From Negaprion brevirostris (Eukaryota): 64,000 nt of DNA. The translations under genes and the position numbers were made by a program. The notes beneath the pieces were generated by a model. That model searched no databases, was not told the DNA's origin, and saw nothing but the letters and a program-made list of their open reading frames with translations. This document shows, in pieces, positions 1 to 12,060 of this stretch. Within the stretch, counting starts at the first letter, position 1, and each line of letters starts with the position of its first letter. Location of the stretch: assembly GCA_030324005.1 (NCBI GenBank), contig JARDVH010000110.1:36994931-37058930 (forward strand), written 5' to 3'.

Positions 1-212
1 GCCATTGCGCATGCGCAGAGGCTCGCTGGTTTCAGCCTCCCACATGGGAATCGGCCCACCCTGAAATCTATTGATATTCATGCTGACGGCTTCTGCAGTG
101 CCCAGAGTGTGGGAGATTGTAGTGTGAACTCCCACTGAAGAAAGCAACATGAATTATTTCAGTTTTCTCGCAAATTCAACAGTTACAGAATTTTTGGGGG
201 GAGGATTCCAGC
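1..212. mobile_element. End of a PIF/Harbinger-derived non-autonomous element, truncated by the window edge
   Basis: Ends in a GGAGGATTCCAGCC TIR-like terminus resembling other MITE ends in the window; contains the TGCGCATGCGCA palindrome. Confidence 0.5.
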
Positions 213-286
213 CTGATACACTGCCATTTACAGATATGACATATGCACCTTATATTCAACTGGCAAAATATAACATCTGTCTATAC

Positions 287-1226
287 CTGTGTGTCTGATG
301 AAGACTTCCCTCAGCGGTGCCACACTCCTCAGTAGGTTCACCTCCCGCCTCCACATCATGTAGAGTGATAATACTGCCCTATTAATATATTTTATGTTTG
401 GGAGGACTGCTTTAAGATTCAATGTTTTGAACAAGGGAGCTGGTTTGTCTGGAGGGAAAACAGTAGATGCTGAGAATGCAGGATAGTAACTCATTTTAGC
501 TAGGAATATGTTACTTTGTAGAAGGCTTTGTGCATTTTTGTTTACTTAGGTTCTCCTGGGATTTCATACTAGGTTGACAGAGGCATGTGATATTAGATTA
601 ATGACAGGAGCTAGATCTGTAGCAAAGATTCTGTGCTGGTTTTAGTTTTAGTTTTTGAGTTGAGTTCTGGCTGGGAATTGCTTGAAGTTGAAAGTTTTCT
701 GAAAGCTACTAAAACTCATTCATTTTCTCTGAAAGCTCCAAGACTGTTAACCCAAGAATAAGCAAGCATGTCTGAATTTGTTGACTATTTTTAAAGTGGG
801 GCTGATGTCTGTAAGAGAGATGTTGCTTAATTGGAACTAAATACTAATATGTTTGAAGTTAAGAACTGTTCCTTTTCATGTTTAAAGATTTTTCAATGGT
901 TAATAGTTAAACAGTTCCATTTTGTTTGAGTGACACTTAAACTTTGTTATGACTAAAGCTTGTTTTGATTTAAAAAAATCCCTAATTTGTCAATGGAATC
1001 AGTCCTGAGGTGAAGGACTCTTTCCCCACACTTACGCCCAAAAGAGAAAAATTGACGGGGTCTAGTCTGGCTTCACAGTATACCTTTGGTTTTCCGATCT
1101 GGCACCCTAACAGTGGCTCCTGCCCCTGGTCAGTTGGATTTCTCATTTGTCTTCTCCTCCTCTTCCTTACTGAAGGAGGTATCTTCCAGACAACACACAG
1201 TTCCAAAAGGGGACTCAACAGCAATG
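287..1226 (-). pseudogene. Exon-like block split by the solo LTR (part of the putative fossil gene)
   Basis: Polypyrimidine tract 1250-1231 ending GCAT (broken AG); donor CAG|GTATAG at 287/286; rejoined frame ...NPTDQGQEP|HDVEAGGEPTEECGTAEGSLHQTH. Confidence 0.5.
364..1112 (+). mobile_element. Solo LTR (Gypsy-type)
   Basis: (T/A)GTGATA...CCCTAACA termini; flanked by GTAG (360-363) and GTGG (1113-1116), a 4-bp TSD with 1 mismatch; removing it rejoins an open frame. Confidence 0.6.
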
Positions 1227-1734
1227 ATGCAAAGAGAAAAGAATACAGTATCAACAAATTGCAGATAGTGCAATAATGTATAGCTTAATTACATTCTGAG
1301 GTTCACCCACATCAAAGGTTTTCTAATTATATACCTGTCAGCATCATCTCATGCTGAAGTTAGGCATAGACAAACCTCCATGTCTGCTCTTTGTAGAGAC
1401 CTTGAAAAAAATTGAGCTTCCCATTTGGCATGATGTACATGCAGACAGAGTATTAATGCACTGGGAATGCATTGGGCATCCAATAGATTGCAATAATAAG
1501 CTAAAATGGCCATTAATTAGCTAATGCAAAATAGTGTGTGGGTTGTCAGCATCATGGCATTGCATTCTGAACCCTATATCATCGGACTGGATTGGGACTA
1601 TAACGCTCCTGCTTTTGGAGTATAAAATTCAGTCCAAAATGTGACAGAGGGATGTCTGGATATTTATTCGGGCTAAGGATTCTCTAAAGTTTCTTTTTTG
1701 GAGGGGGAGGGGGCATGGGTCGGGTACCTGTGAT

Positions 1735-2022
1735 GGTAGAGCCTCAGAATAGGCCATTTAGGAATGAGGTGAAGAGAAATGTCTTCACTGTAGAGGATAG
1801 TCAATCCTTGAAATTTTCTATCCCATGAAGCTGTGAATGCGCCATCATGGAGTATATTGAAGCAAGCGATGGATACTTTTAGATATCAGAAAATCAGTGG
1901 ACACGGGGATAATGTAAAAAGGTGAAGTTGAGGAGAAAGATAATCAACCATGATCTTATTGAATGGCAGGATAGAGTTGATGGTACAAATGCATGCACCT
2001 GATTCGATTCCTTATGATCTTA
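1735..2022 (+). mobile_element. CR1 LINE 3' fragment
   Basis: ggccatttaggaatgaggtgaagagaaatgtcttcac and a ttatgatcttatg tail, typical of the CR1 3' end. Confidence 0.75.
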
Positions 2023-2417
2023 TGTCTTCCAGTTGGTAGATAGGATTAAAACCTCTCCATTGAGAGAATTCGTCATGACTTATGTTTCAGATGAGTGGCA
2101 TTTGAAAGATAAGTAAACTCTTGGTACATTATCTCCTAGAGCTTCTTTGCTATCCAGAAAGTAATTGAAGATTTTTTTGTTATCCATCGAATATCATTTA
2201 CAGTACCAAACACAAATTGTCCTGTTCTTTATTACAAATGCTTTGGCTAGTCTTGTTTTCTCTTTTTGACATTTTCACAAAGTTTTTTTTATTGATTTCT
2301 CCTTCTTGCTTGAAATATTTGCCATTACTAATTATGTTTCACAAAGTAACATTTCTTTTGTCCAAGTTAGTGAAATAGACTGGACAGTTAAATATAAAGT
2401 AAATTTCCAATCCCTAT

Positions 2418-2419
<2 letters not shown>

Positions 2420-2489
<70 letters not shown>
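2420..2489 (+). repeat. (CA)n microsatellite
   Basis: About 35 CA units read directly. Confidence 0.98.
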
Positions 2490-2490
<1 letters not shown>

Positions 2491-3187
2491 TAACACACAA
2501 AAAATGATGACAATTATTTCTGCTGTTCATAATGATATCAGGTTCCACTGAATGCCATAAACAACAGAAACAATTTACTCTGTGTTGCATTGAAAACCAA
2601 CAAATTGAAAAGTCTACAGCAAATTCCAATTACACTGTAATCGATTATGAATATTTAATAAATAACTCACTGATGTACATCCAGATGAAAAAATAAATTT
2701 AAACTTGCTTGGCCCTATTAGATATATTACATATCTGATGCTATGAAATAGCATTTGTAACACAGAGGTAGACTGTCCGGCTCAAGTGGTCTATGCCAAT
2801 AGTCGAAATAATTGAGTCAATTAGCCCTTTTCAACCTCATTCTCAAGTTCCAAATGCCATTTAACTCTCCCACGTCATTTGCTACCTTTATTTCAGCTTG
2901 CCTAATTTTATTTTACCCTATTTTTAGAACCTCTCTGATGCAACATTGATCCTTGTGTAATTTGGCTTGTTAAAATGCTTCAGGAAAGTGTGTCCCTTAA
3001 GGTGACATATGCAAGTTTCCTGTAACCTCATGTGAACTTGGTGTTACAGAATCCAGTACAGCTTAAAAGTCTGGAGTCATGATCTACCACCATTGGAATA
3101 TTGAGTTTTTTGCTTGATTTTTAGCTGAAGTTCCTTTTGAGACTTTAGATTAGGCATGGAAGGGTCTCACTATATGTAAAATCCAAA

Positions 3188-3285
3188 CCCTTCCCTCTTC
3201 CCTATCCCCCCTCCCCCATCCTTTTCCCCCTCTCCTCCTTCCCCCCATCCTTTTCCCCCTCTACATCTCTATCCCTCACCTTCTT
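3188..3285 (+). repeat. C-rich polypyrimidine low-complexity tract
   Basis: ccccatccttttccccct occurs twice among C runs. Confidence 0.8.
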
Positions 3286-3803
3286 GCTTAGAGACAACAG
3301 AATTGTTGTGTTAATGTAAAGGTATTTTATTGACTATTGGTAGAGAAATATATATTTTATAAGAAACTTTAAAAAATGAGGCAATAGAACACGTCAGTAC
3401 AGCTGCTAAAGTAAAATGTTAAGTTAAATGTTAATATAGTTTCAAAGTGTTGTATTTATTACATTATTTTTGTTAAATATTTCCCATTAAATTACAACAT
3501 TCTCCTAATGCTTTATTAAAGCAAAATAAACATTTAAGTATGAACTTATAAATGCTTTATTGAAACATACAGAACAGTTAAATATGGGAATTATAAATGA
3601 AGTAAGCAAGGCAGAAGAATACTAATGATAAACATATCTAGATTTTCCATGTCCCAAAACATGAACTCTCCTTTGATTGGTTGCATGCAGGAATCCAAAT
3701 CATGGTTCAAGAAGTTCTGAACATATTCTACATTAAAACACACAAACACTTAAAAGCATGGCTTACATATTGAAAGGTTATATAATAATACAATGCAAAT
3801 TTA

Positions 3804-3995
3804 GGATGACACAGTGGCATGGTGGTTAGCACTGCGACCTCACAGACCCAGGGACCTGGGTTCAATCCTGGCTTTGGGTGACTGTTTGTGTGGAGTTAGC
3901 ATGTTCTCCCTATGTCTGCGTGGATTTCCCCTGGGTGCTCTGGTTTCCTCTCACAGTCCAAAGATGTGTGAGTTAGGTTGATTGGCCATGCTAAA
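3804..3995 (+). mobile_element. HE1-type V-SINE (runs into gap)
   Basis: tRNA-derived head tggttagcactg...gggttcaatcc and V-core gtctgcgtggatttcc. Confidence 0.92.
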
Positions 3996-4099
3996 NNNNN
4001 NNNNNNNNNNNNNNNNNNNNNNNNNNNNNNNNNNNNNNNNNNNNNNNNNNNNNNNNNNNNNNNNNNNNNNNNNNNNNNNNNNNNNNNNNNNNNNNNNNN

Positions 4100-4205
4100 C
4101 TCTTACTCTTCTGAATTCCAGTGGACACAAGCCTAGCTTGTCCATACATTCCTCATAAGACAACCCATCCTTTCCAGGTGTTAGTCCAGTAAACCTTTCT
4201 GAAAT
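4100..4205 (-). mobile_element. CR1 LINE fragment
   Basis: Encodes SYEECMDKLGLCPLEFRR, the CR1 ORF2 C-terminal motif. Confidence 0.8.
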
Positions 4206-4315
4206 GAGATTGATACTGTACAGCAGGCTTTTTTCAAAATGGAGGTTGTTGCCTACAGGTGAGTTCCGGGATGTTGAAGTAGGTCGGAGGGTAGATTCTC
4301 ACTGCCCTATAAACC

Positions 4316-4460
4316 GATCCTGTTTTTTTTTTAATGGGATATTCTGTGATCCTGTTTAAAAAAAGTGGAATTTTTTGCGATCCTGTTAAAACAAACAGAT
4401 GTTTTGTGATCCTGTTTAAACAAAAAACAGGATTTTCTGTGATCTGTTAAAAAAAGATGC
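4316..4460 (+). repeat. Degenerate minisatellite of about 31 bp
   Basis: GATC(C)TGTT recurs at 4316, 4348, 4379, 4408 and 4441. Confidence 0.8.
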
Positions 4461-4695
4461 GGAATGTTCCGTTTATCATACACGTTTTGTAGGTTATATG
4501 AAATTAATGAGGACCTCTCAGACGTAGCCAGCATTAGGACTTTTGCTGTGAAGGAAAAGCTTAATATTGCCTGATACAATTCAAGTAACATGCACTTTAA
4601 TAGAGGAAAAGTTAAGAATTAGGAGGGAGGTGTATTTTTAAATGTATAGCAAATCCCGTTTAGATTGCAACTGTAGCAGCAGCACAGCAGCTTAC

Positions 4696-4858
4696 CTGGT
4701 CAGTGGATTCCGCCTGTGTCTCAAATTTACTGCTGCGAGGGAAGGCTATAACTTCAGGGTTTGACGAGTATCGTCATTAGCTTATAATCCAACTCATCAT
4801 TTTTCTTGTGTGCATAAAAATATTTTGCTGCTGAATCAATTTGAAAATGAGATGAAGT
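4696..4858 (-). pseudogene. Exon-like block, 163 bp, stops in all frames
   Basis: Acceptor ttttcctgtttttcag| and donor CAG|GTAAGC, both near consensus. Confidence 0.55.
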
Positions 4859-5467
4859 CTGAAAAACAGGAAAACCATTGAGACGTTTTATTTTAAATAC
4901 AGCGTGTGAAAAGGTAAATGACACATTAACCACAGACTTGCTTGGATGCAGCAAAATGTAATTATTGATGTGACATTTCCCGCCTACCAGGGAGGTTATT
5001 GATGGGATGGTAACAGATAGANNNNNNNNNNNNNNGCCCTGTTAAGTTTGACCTAAAAACAGCACTTTGATCTGGTGAGCTCTTCATTCCAAATGTGCTT
5101 CTTAAATGAGAAATCTGCCACAAATAAATAGTAGTCAATTTTCTGTGGATGGCTGATGCACAGTAAATGAGTGCATTGTCTGATTTTAGACATTTGTTTT
5201 GAATGTACATGTTGATGAGAGAAGTTTACAAAATACTGACACCAATTTGCTTTGTGTCGGAATATGGCCCAAATAAATCGGACTATGAATCTGAAATGGA
5301 CCCCCTGATATTTAATACACGTTAGTGCAAAGTGTAAAGATTGCATTTCATTACGTGATGTGGATTGAGAGGGATGGCTATTTGGTAAAAGTGGATCGTC
5401 GGAAATGAAGTTTGAAAAACACTGCAGTACGTAGCACTCCAGATGTTGGAACATCCAACATTGCCTG

Positions 5468-5570
5468 CAGCTAGAATTTCCCAGTCCCACTGCAGTGAAC
5501 GGAGATTTGGCTGAGTGCAAAATTCCCTGTGTAGTGGCAGAGGGTATGAACAGCAGGAGAATTCCAGATG
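5468..5570. mobile_element. Small Harbinger-type MITE
   Basis: gctagaatttcc...ggagaattccag ends; related in reverse orientation to 29938-30073. Confidence 0.55.
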
Positions 5571-5945
5571 TCATCTCACCAAAACCCTATACAGCTGAAA
5601 CAAAGCCTCACTGTGTTCAATTCCCCTCACGATAAATGGTAACATTGTTGTAACTGCATACTAATCTTTTGACATTTCATGCACTAGGATACCCAGATCC
5701 TTCTACTTCTCAGAGCTCTGCAATCTCTCATCAGTTAGATAGCTTGCTTCTTTTTCATTCTTCCTGCCAAAATGGACAATGACACGTTTTCCAAATTATA
5801 CTCCATTTGCCATTTTTTGTGCTCTTATTTAAACTATCTATATCCCTCTGTAGTGCTGTCCTCTTCTGAACTTACTTTCCTACCTATGTGTTATCAGCAA
5901 ATTTACCAATGATCCCATCAGTCCCTTCATCTAAGTCACTTAAAA
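5570..5945 (-). mobile_element. CR1 LINE RT fragment
   Basis: Reverse complement gives the KFADNT (YADD-like) motif and downstream WQMEYN...C motif. Confidence 0.8.
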
Positions 5946-6659
5946 GCATCTGAATGTTCCCTTCCTACCCAGGACCCAGTTATACTGAATATTTTAGAAA
6001 ATGAAAACTAGCTGTGTTAATGCTCCTATCAACAGCTCAATAGAATTTTGGGTAAGTGAGTCGATTAACCCTTATTCTAAAGTTCCAAAGTGGTCCGACT
6101 CGATAACACTTGTTGGTGAAAGTGGTTAGAGTTCATTTTGTACAAGAATTGATACATATCTCTGTCTGACCATGACATCATTACCTGGGTAGAAGAGCAA
6201 TCTCCATATAACTACTCCTTTATTTTGTCCCAGATACAGGCAAATCATTCAGTAACACATGCAAAACCTCTACAATTTTGGTGCGCCAGGAATCTTGTCG
6301 TATACTTACTTTACACAATAAAGTCTATGGAGATCAATTTAACATATTTATGACCTTGTTCATTCTTGAATAGCCCAATTACAAAAGATATTATTTAAAC
6401 ATTTGCCTGCAGAAGCTATATCAAGCTTCAAGATTTTTTGTTTCCCCACACTCAGACCCCTTTTCGTTATTAAACATTCCAATGCCAAGCTTGACTGAAA
6501 CAAGGGAAGCATGTTGGCTTTGGTACTGGACTACTCTTTTTGAGCTCGATCCTCAGAGACGCTGTGTAGATGTTTATAATTTCATTCTCATGCAGCAGAC
6601 TTAATTTCTGCTGAACTTGATCTTTTTACCATTTGATTAACAAAGGCCCAAACCATGAT

Positions 6660-6935
6660 TCTGCCAGGGACCCAGGTTCATTCCCAGCTTGGGTGACTGG
6701 GAATGAACCTGGGTGGAGTTTGCACATTCTTCCCATGTCTGCATGGGTTTCCTCCAGCTTATTCCCACAGTCCAAAGATGTGTGGGTTCGATAGATTGGC
6801 CATGTTAAATTGCCCCATTGTTTCAGGGGGACAAACTAGGGTAAACATATGGGTTATGGGGATAGGGACAGGTGGGATTGTGGCTGGCATAGTCAATGGG
6901 CTGAGTGGCCTTCATTTGCACTATAAGATTCTATG
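6660..6935 (+). mobile_element. HE1 SINE, 5'-truncated, with internal inversion scar
   Basis: V-core and HE1 tail ending gattctatg. Confidence 0.9.
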
Positions 6936-7294
6936 TATCACAAGCAGAAACAAAATAGTTCAATATAAGATTAAGTGTAACAATGAAATTAGAGAAAATA
7001 CATCCGATTGTATTATTTAATTAAGCTTTTATTAAGTAGCAAGAAAACCTACTGCAGGGTTTTTTTTCTGGGGGGAAAAGTCTCAGGATTCTTGTATGAT
7101 GGTATGATCAATACAATCTTTCCCTCTCAGACAACTTCATCGAGCTGTATCAGCATAACTGTCTATTTCTTTCCCCCTTATCCACTTTCCCTTCAAATGT
7201 ATCTATGCTAGTCACCTCAATTATGTCATGCCATGCCCAGTTTCAGATTCTACCCATTCTCAGGGTTAAGAATTTTCTGCTGAATTAGGGACTC

Positions 7295-7575
7295 ATAGAA
7301 ACATAGAAAACCTACAGTACAGAAAGAGGCCATTCGGCACATTGGGTCTTCACTGAACACAATCCCACCCAGGCCCTACCCCCATATCCTGGTACATTTT
7401 ACCCACTAATCCCTCTAACTTGTGCACCTCAGGACACTATGGGACAATTTTAGCACGGCCAATCAACCTAACCCGCACACCTTTGGACTGCTGGAGGAAA
7501 CTGGACCACCCAGAGGAAACCCAGGCAGTCACGAGGAGAATGTGCAATCTCTACACAGACAGTGACCCAAGCCAG
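7295..7575 (-). mobile_element. HE1 SINE (runs into gap)
   Basis: catagaaacatagaaa tail and V-core on the minus strand. Confidence 0.92.
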
Positions 7576-7790
7576 NNNNNNNNNNNNNNNNNNNNNNNNN
7601 NNNNNNNNNNNNNNNNNNNNNNNNNNNNNNNNNNNNNNNNNNNNNNNNNNNNNNNNNNNNNNNNNNNNNNNNNNNAGGAAGTCTCTATCCCAGAGGATTC
7701 TGGATAATCGGTGATTGAATATATTTCAGTCTGAGATCAACGGATATTTGAACTCAAAATCAATGGATATGAGAATCAGACACCAAAGTG

Positions 7791-8133
7791 AATCATAGAA
7801 ACCCTTCAGTGCGGAAAGAGGCCACTTGGCCCATCGAGTCTGCGCTGACCACAATCTCATCCAAGCTCTACCCCCATATCCCTGCATATTTTACCCTCTA
7901 ATCCCTCTAACCTACGCATCTCAGGACACTAGAGGCAATTTTTAGCACGGCCAATCAACCTAACCCGCACATCTTTGGACTGTGGGAGGAAACCGGAGCA
8001 GCCAGAGGAAACTTATGCAGACACGAGGAGAATGTGCAAACTCTACACAGACAGTGACCCAAGCCAGGAATTAAACCCACGTCCCTGGAGCTGTGAAGCA
8101 GCAGTGCTAACCACTGTGCTACCGCGCCGCCCC
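7791..8133 (-). mobile_element. Full-length HE1 SINE
   Basis: Head GGGCGGCGCGGTAGCACAGTGGTTAGC on the minus strand, V-core, tail. Confidence 0.95.
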
Positions 8134-9079
8134 AATAGCACAGCATAGCTATGGATAGCAGTTGGAAATAATTGGGTTCCTGACACCAATTGCAAATCTA
8201 GCCCATTGTATTTGACCAAGTCCAGATATGTTTAATGTCTACAAGCAATAAACATATAGGAAAAATATATATCAGGAAATAATGCAATTACCCTATTTTT
8301 CCTTGGTTAGAACCTCTCAATTCTGACTTTACAATGTGTTAAGGAAAGCTGAACATCTTTATAGACCACAGCTCCTGCACACAGTCCCAGATGATTCATT
8401 ATGACTTGTCAAGTACTATTATAGCCAAGACATCCAGAAATGAGAGCAGTCCTAGCAAATACCAGATGCCAACTTGTTTATCATGCTGGTTATTGTTCTA
8501 CTTTGTACCTCAAGACTATCTTGCCTATATTATTTCATAATGCGTCCAAAATAATAAGTCAACTGACATGAATCTCACATGCTACAACTCACTACCTGCA
8601 TCTGGACAGAAGCTAAACAGCACAGCCATTAAATTGTACCCTGACAGATTAAACCCAAAAGATTCCTCGAATAGAGCAACCTTTAGCCAATGTTATTAAC
8701 CATTATTGTTTCTACAATAAAAATTCACAAGTTAAAAATAAAACAAAATATCTCTGTTAAATTGGATTAACCAAATCCAAATCTTACATATAACATATAT
8801 AAAATTGGTTATCTTACATACATCAGTCTTTTCTAGCGGAGAGAGCCCCATCCTGTTCAGTCTTTCCTGATAGTGACAATCTCCCAAATATCTTTACATT
8901 TGACTTTTAAAAAAATATCTCTTTGGATAGATTTATATTTTATGAAGTAATTGTACATTTCCAGTGTACATGTTTGCAGGTAAAGTACAAGATTATTGAA
9001 AATTATTTCAAACAGACTTACTGGAACACAAAACATTTTACCATTCGTAGCTATTGAGGCGAAAGCTACATAACTTAAA

Positions 9080-9223
9080 AGGCAGCATGGTGGCACAGTG
9101 GTTAGCACTGCTGCTTCACAGCTCCAAGGATCTAGGTTTGATTCCCGGCTTGGGTCACTGTCTGTGTGGAGTTTGCACATTCTCCTCATGTCTGCGTGGG
9201 TTTCCTCCAGGTGCTCCGGTTTC
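9080..9223 (+). mobile_element. HE1 SINE (runs into gap)
   Basis: ggcagcatggtggcacagtggttagcactgctgc head. Confidence 0.93.
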
Positions 9224-9752
9224 NNNNNNNNNNNNNNNNNNNNNNNNNNNNNNNNNNNNNNNNNNNNNNNNNNNNNNNNNNNNNNNNNNNNNNNNNNNNN
9301 NNNNNNNNNNNNNNNNNNNNNNNNNNNNNNNNNNNNNNNNNNNNNNNNNNNNNNNNNNNNNNNNNNNNNNNNNNNNNNNNNNNNNNNNNNNNNNNNNNNN
9401 ATAATTTGTGGTTATAAATTTTAAACCACATCTCGTTATGCGGTGTATGGATGGTGAGAATATTTAAATGTGACGTTATTACTTTTTTTTAATGCAAATT
9501 ATTGTTGTCACTAGAAATAGAGTTTTTTAATTTTACCTAAATACACATTACTTACTATGCCTAAATTTAGTGCACAGGCTGTATTATAGTCTCGATCCAG
9601 TGAAGAACAGTGGTGAAGAATTAAAAGCAAGACAAGATAAATTTCACAGCATGGCGTTATCATTTTATTGATGTGCTTTTGGAAAGATATGAGAGAGAGC
9701 AAATTTTCATCCAGAGCAGTAGTGGAGTGGACAGAGCTACCACATTGCTTAC

Positions 9753-9950
9753 CTGATGATGGGTTGACTGCATAAAAAAGGAGCACAACCCATATTCTCT
9801 TGGACATTAAAACACTGTGATGGAGTTCTCCGAGCCCGGTTCTCCTTATTTCTGGAGAAGCTAGGCTCAGAAGGTCCAGCTAGGAGTATGGCGCAGGGTT
9901 GAGATGTGGAAATGTTTAAGCATATGGGCAGTTGGGTGATCATTGCTGCT
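9753..9950 (-). pseudogene. Exon-like block, 198 bp, open in one frame
   Basis: Acceptor ccctgatcttctgcag|, donor CAG|GTAAGC; phase-2 frame AAMITQLPICLNISTSQPCAILLAGPSEPSFSRNKENRARRTPSQCFNVQENMGCAPFLCSQPII. Confidence 0.5.
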
Positions 9951-10759
9951 CTGCAGAAGATCAGGGCCAACATGTTTTTGTTTATTTTCCCCATCTTCAA
10001 AAACACTGCACCCTGCATTATTCAGACAGATTAGGAAAATGTACTTCCGCTTCTAGTTTTGAAGGCTAGGGGGTTTTAGTCCCGCAGCATGGTTGGTGCA
10101 GGCTTGGAGGTCCAAAGGACCTGTTCCTGCGCTGTAATTTTCTTTGTTCTCTTACTTCTGCTCTTGCACCAACAAGTTTGAAAATCTTCATATCTCCGAC
10201 TTTGTCTTTCTTTTTCTAGCCACATCTGTCTGTCATCATTTCATCAAATGCTCCAACTAAAATTGGGAGCTATCATGTGAAAAATCTAGGGGATGAACTC
10301 ACGTACAAGTATATGTTGTAAAATGCTAGTACTGCGTCACAAATCTGTCAAAACAAACATAAATGCAATCATTTCAAATCGAATATAATTGGAATAAATG
10401 ACTTGGCCTTTTTTTTAATCTCCTTACAAATTCTACAACAAAACTGCAATATAGTCGAGCCAGAGCACATTAGGGATGATTAATGGTTTGAGTGTTTGGA
10501 TCCCTAAATACAGGTTAGAGTTCTGAGTATGAACAAAATCTAATTATCTCAAAAAATCTTATAATTTTAATTGAGTTTTCTTTGACAGCTTTCAGAGATA
10601 ATTTAAAGATACAATCCATCAAACTTACAGAAAGTCATCTTTTACTTTCCAGTACTTCCCTCAGTCTCAATTATGTTAGACTTCTGTAGTTTGGAGGACC
10701 CTATCTGAGTGTAAGGGAAATTACAAACTTTCCCTGTCATATCCTGTAAGATTTATCTT

Positions 10760-10855
10760 CAACATGACTACACTACAAAAGTACTTCATTGTTTGTAAAG
10801 TGCCTTGTGATAGCCTGAAATTGTCAAGAATGCAATTAAAATACCGATCTCTCTT
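10760..10855 (+). mobile_element. DeuSINE/SacSINE1-like 3' tail
   Basis: tgactacactacaaaagtacttcattgtttgtaaagtgcc matches the Deu/L2-type tail from memory. Confidence 0.65.
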
Positions 10856-11651
10856 TAGTTTACATCACAGTATTTCTCAGATCAATAAATAAAAGCAATT
10901 CTTTTAGGTAAAATAAATACTCAGGGAGGAATTGGTTCTGATTTATTATTAACCAGAAAATATGCAAAGCAATTACTCCACACATTTCATCGTGTTGGTG
11001 AAAGACAAGTGTGACCTTCATATCTGTTCTTCATTTAGTTAAAGTGAATCTAACTACCAGCACTATACAAACTGTTCATTGAAAATTCGTGAATCTTGAG
11101 CAGAATTTTGGGGCTCCCAATGAGATTTTAAAATATTTACTCTCTTAAAGGGGTGATCTCTGACTGCAAGAAAATTGAAGTCACTTTACAACAGTCAAAA
11201 TAGCATTTACAGTTGGTCCCACAAAAGCCCTCAGATTCTCTGATGGCTCATTCGAGGTCCTGGGGCAAGAGATAATTGGAGGAGGGAGGTGATCTTTCAT
11301 TTGTGGGGAACCCAGGTTCTCTAGAGAAGTGGTCTAGTAAGTGGTGATGGGAGGAGGTTAATGTCAAGAACAATGGCATGATGACCCAAATTTAATAAGC
11401 AAGCTACAGTTGGTAAGATAAGACTCTTAACTGTCACCTCTGCATCACCTGTCTTCCCTCTCCTTCACTATCTCCATTAACAACCATTCACTTCACTCCA
11501 TCTTCCGTGGCTGCTGCACACTGCGCTGATGCCAAAGTTCTCACACTTCAGATACATTTTATACAGCTTCCACATTGATGACACATATGCTCAAAACATC
11601 TCAATAACACACCCCTTTATTGTAAAAGAATCTGCTGTCCTAATTTCCATG

Positions 11652-11899
11652 GTAAAAAGTCTGACAACACCAGGTTTTAGTCCAACCGATTTATTTGATA
11701 ATAAACTCACAAGCTTTCGAGGTTTCCCNNNNNNNNNNNNNNNNNNNNNNNNNNNNNNNNNNNNNNNNNNNNNNNNNNNNNNNNNNNNNNNNNNNNNNNN
11801 NNNNNNNNNNNNNNNNNNNNNNNNNNNNACTAAAACCTGGTGTTGTCAGACTTTTTACTGTGTTTACCCCAGTCCAACGCCGGCATACCCACATCATGA
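11652..11899 (+). mobile_element. Penelope-like element, inverted pLTR (fold-back) insertion with central gap
   Basis: 30-bp perfect inverted match 11652-11681 vs 11829-11858; one-sided tail of about 37 bp; TSD CTAATTTCCATG at 11640-11651 and 11900-11911. Confidence 0.85.
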
Positions 11900-11934
11900 C
11901 TAATTTCCATGAGCAGACAAGCACAAAGAAAATC

Positions 11935-12060
11935 GGGCTGGAGTTTCCGTCCACGCTCACCCCAAAAATGGAAAATCCCACCCAACGTCAATGGACCTGT
12001 GCATGGTCTAACGCATGTCTGCTACGATTTCCGTGGCAGGTGGGATGGGAAAATGCCCCT
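11935..12060. mobile_element. Harbinger-type MITE of about 125 bp (family A)
   Basis: gggctggagtttcc...ggaaaatgcccc TIRs; siblings at 13950, 30943, 32450, 38378 and 56525. Confidence 0.7.

Noticed and set aside
6-17. NRF1-like palindrome TGCGCATGCGCA
   Set aside because: Inside a transposon; no promoter context.
1335-2385. Further coding-like minus-strand stretches (also 15115-15330, 57425-57525 and 59150-59326)
   Set aside because: Plausible extra exons of the fossil gene, but boundaries and frames are too weak to call.
4316-4460. CRISPR-like periodicity
   Set aside because: Eukaryotic DNA, 9-bp core only, related linkers and no cas genes.
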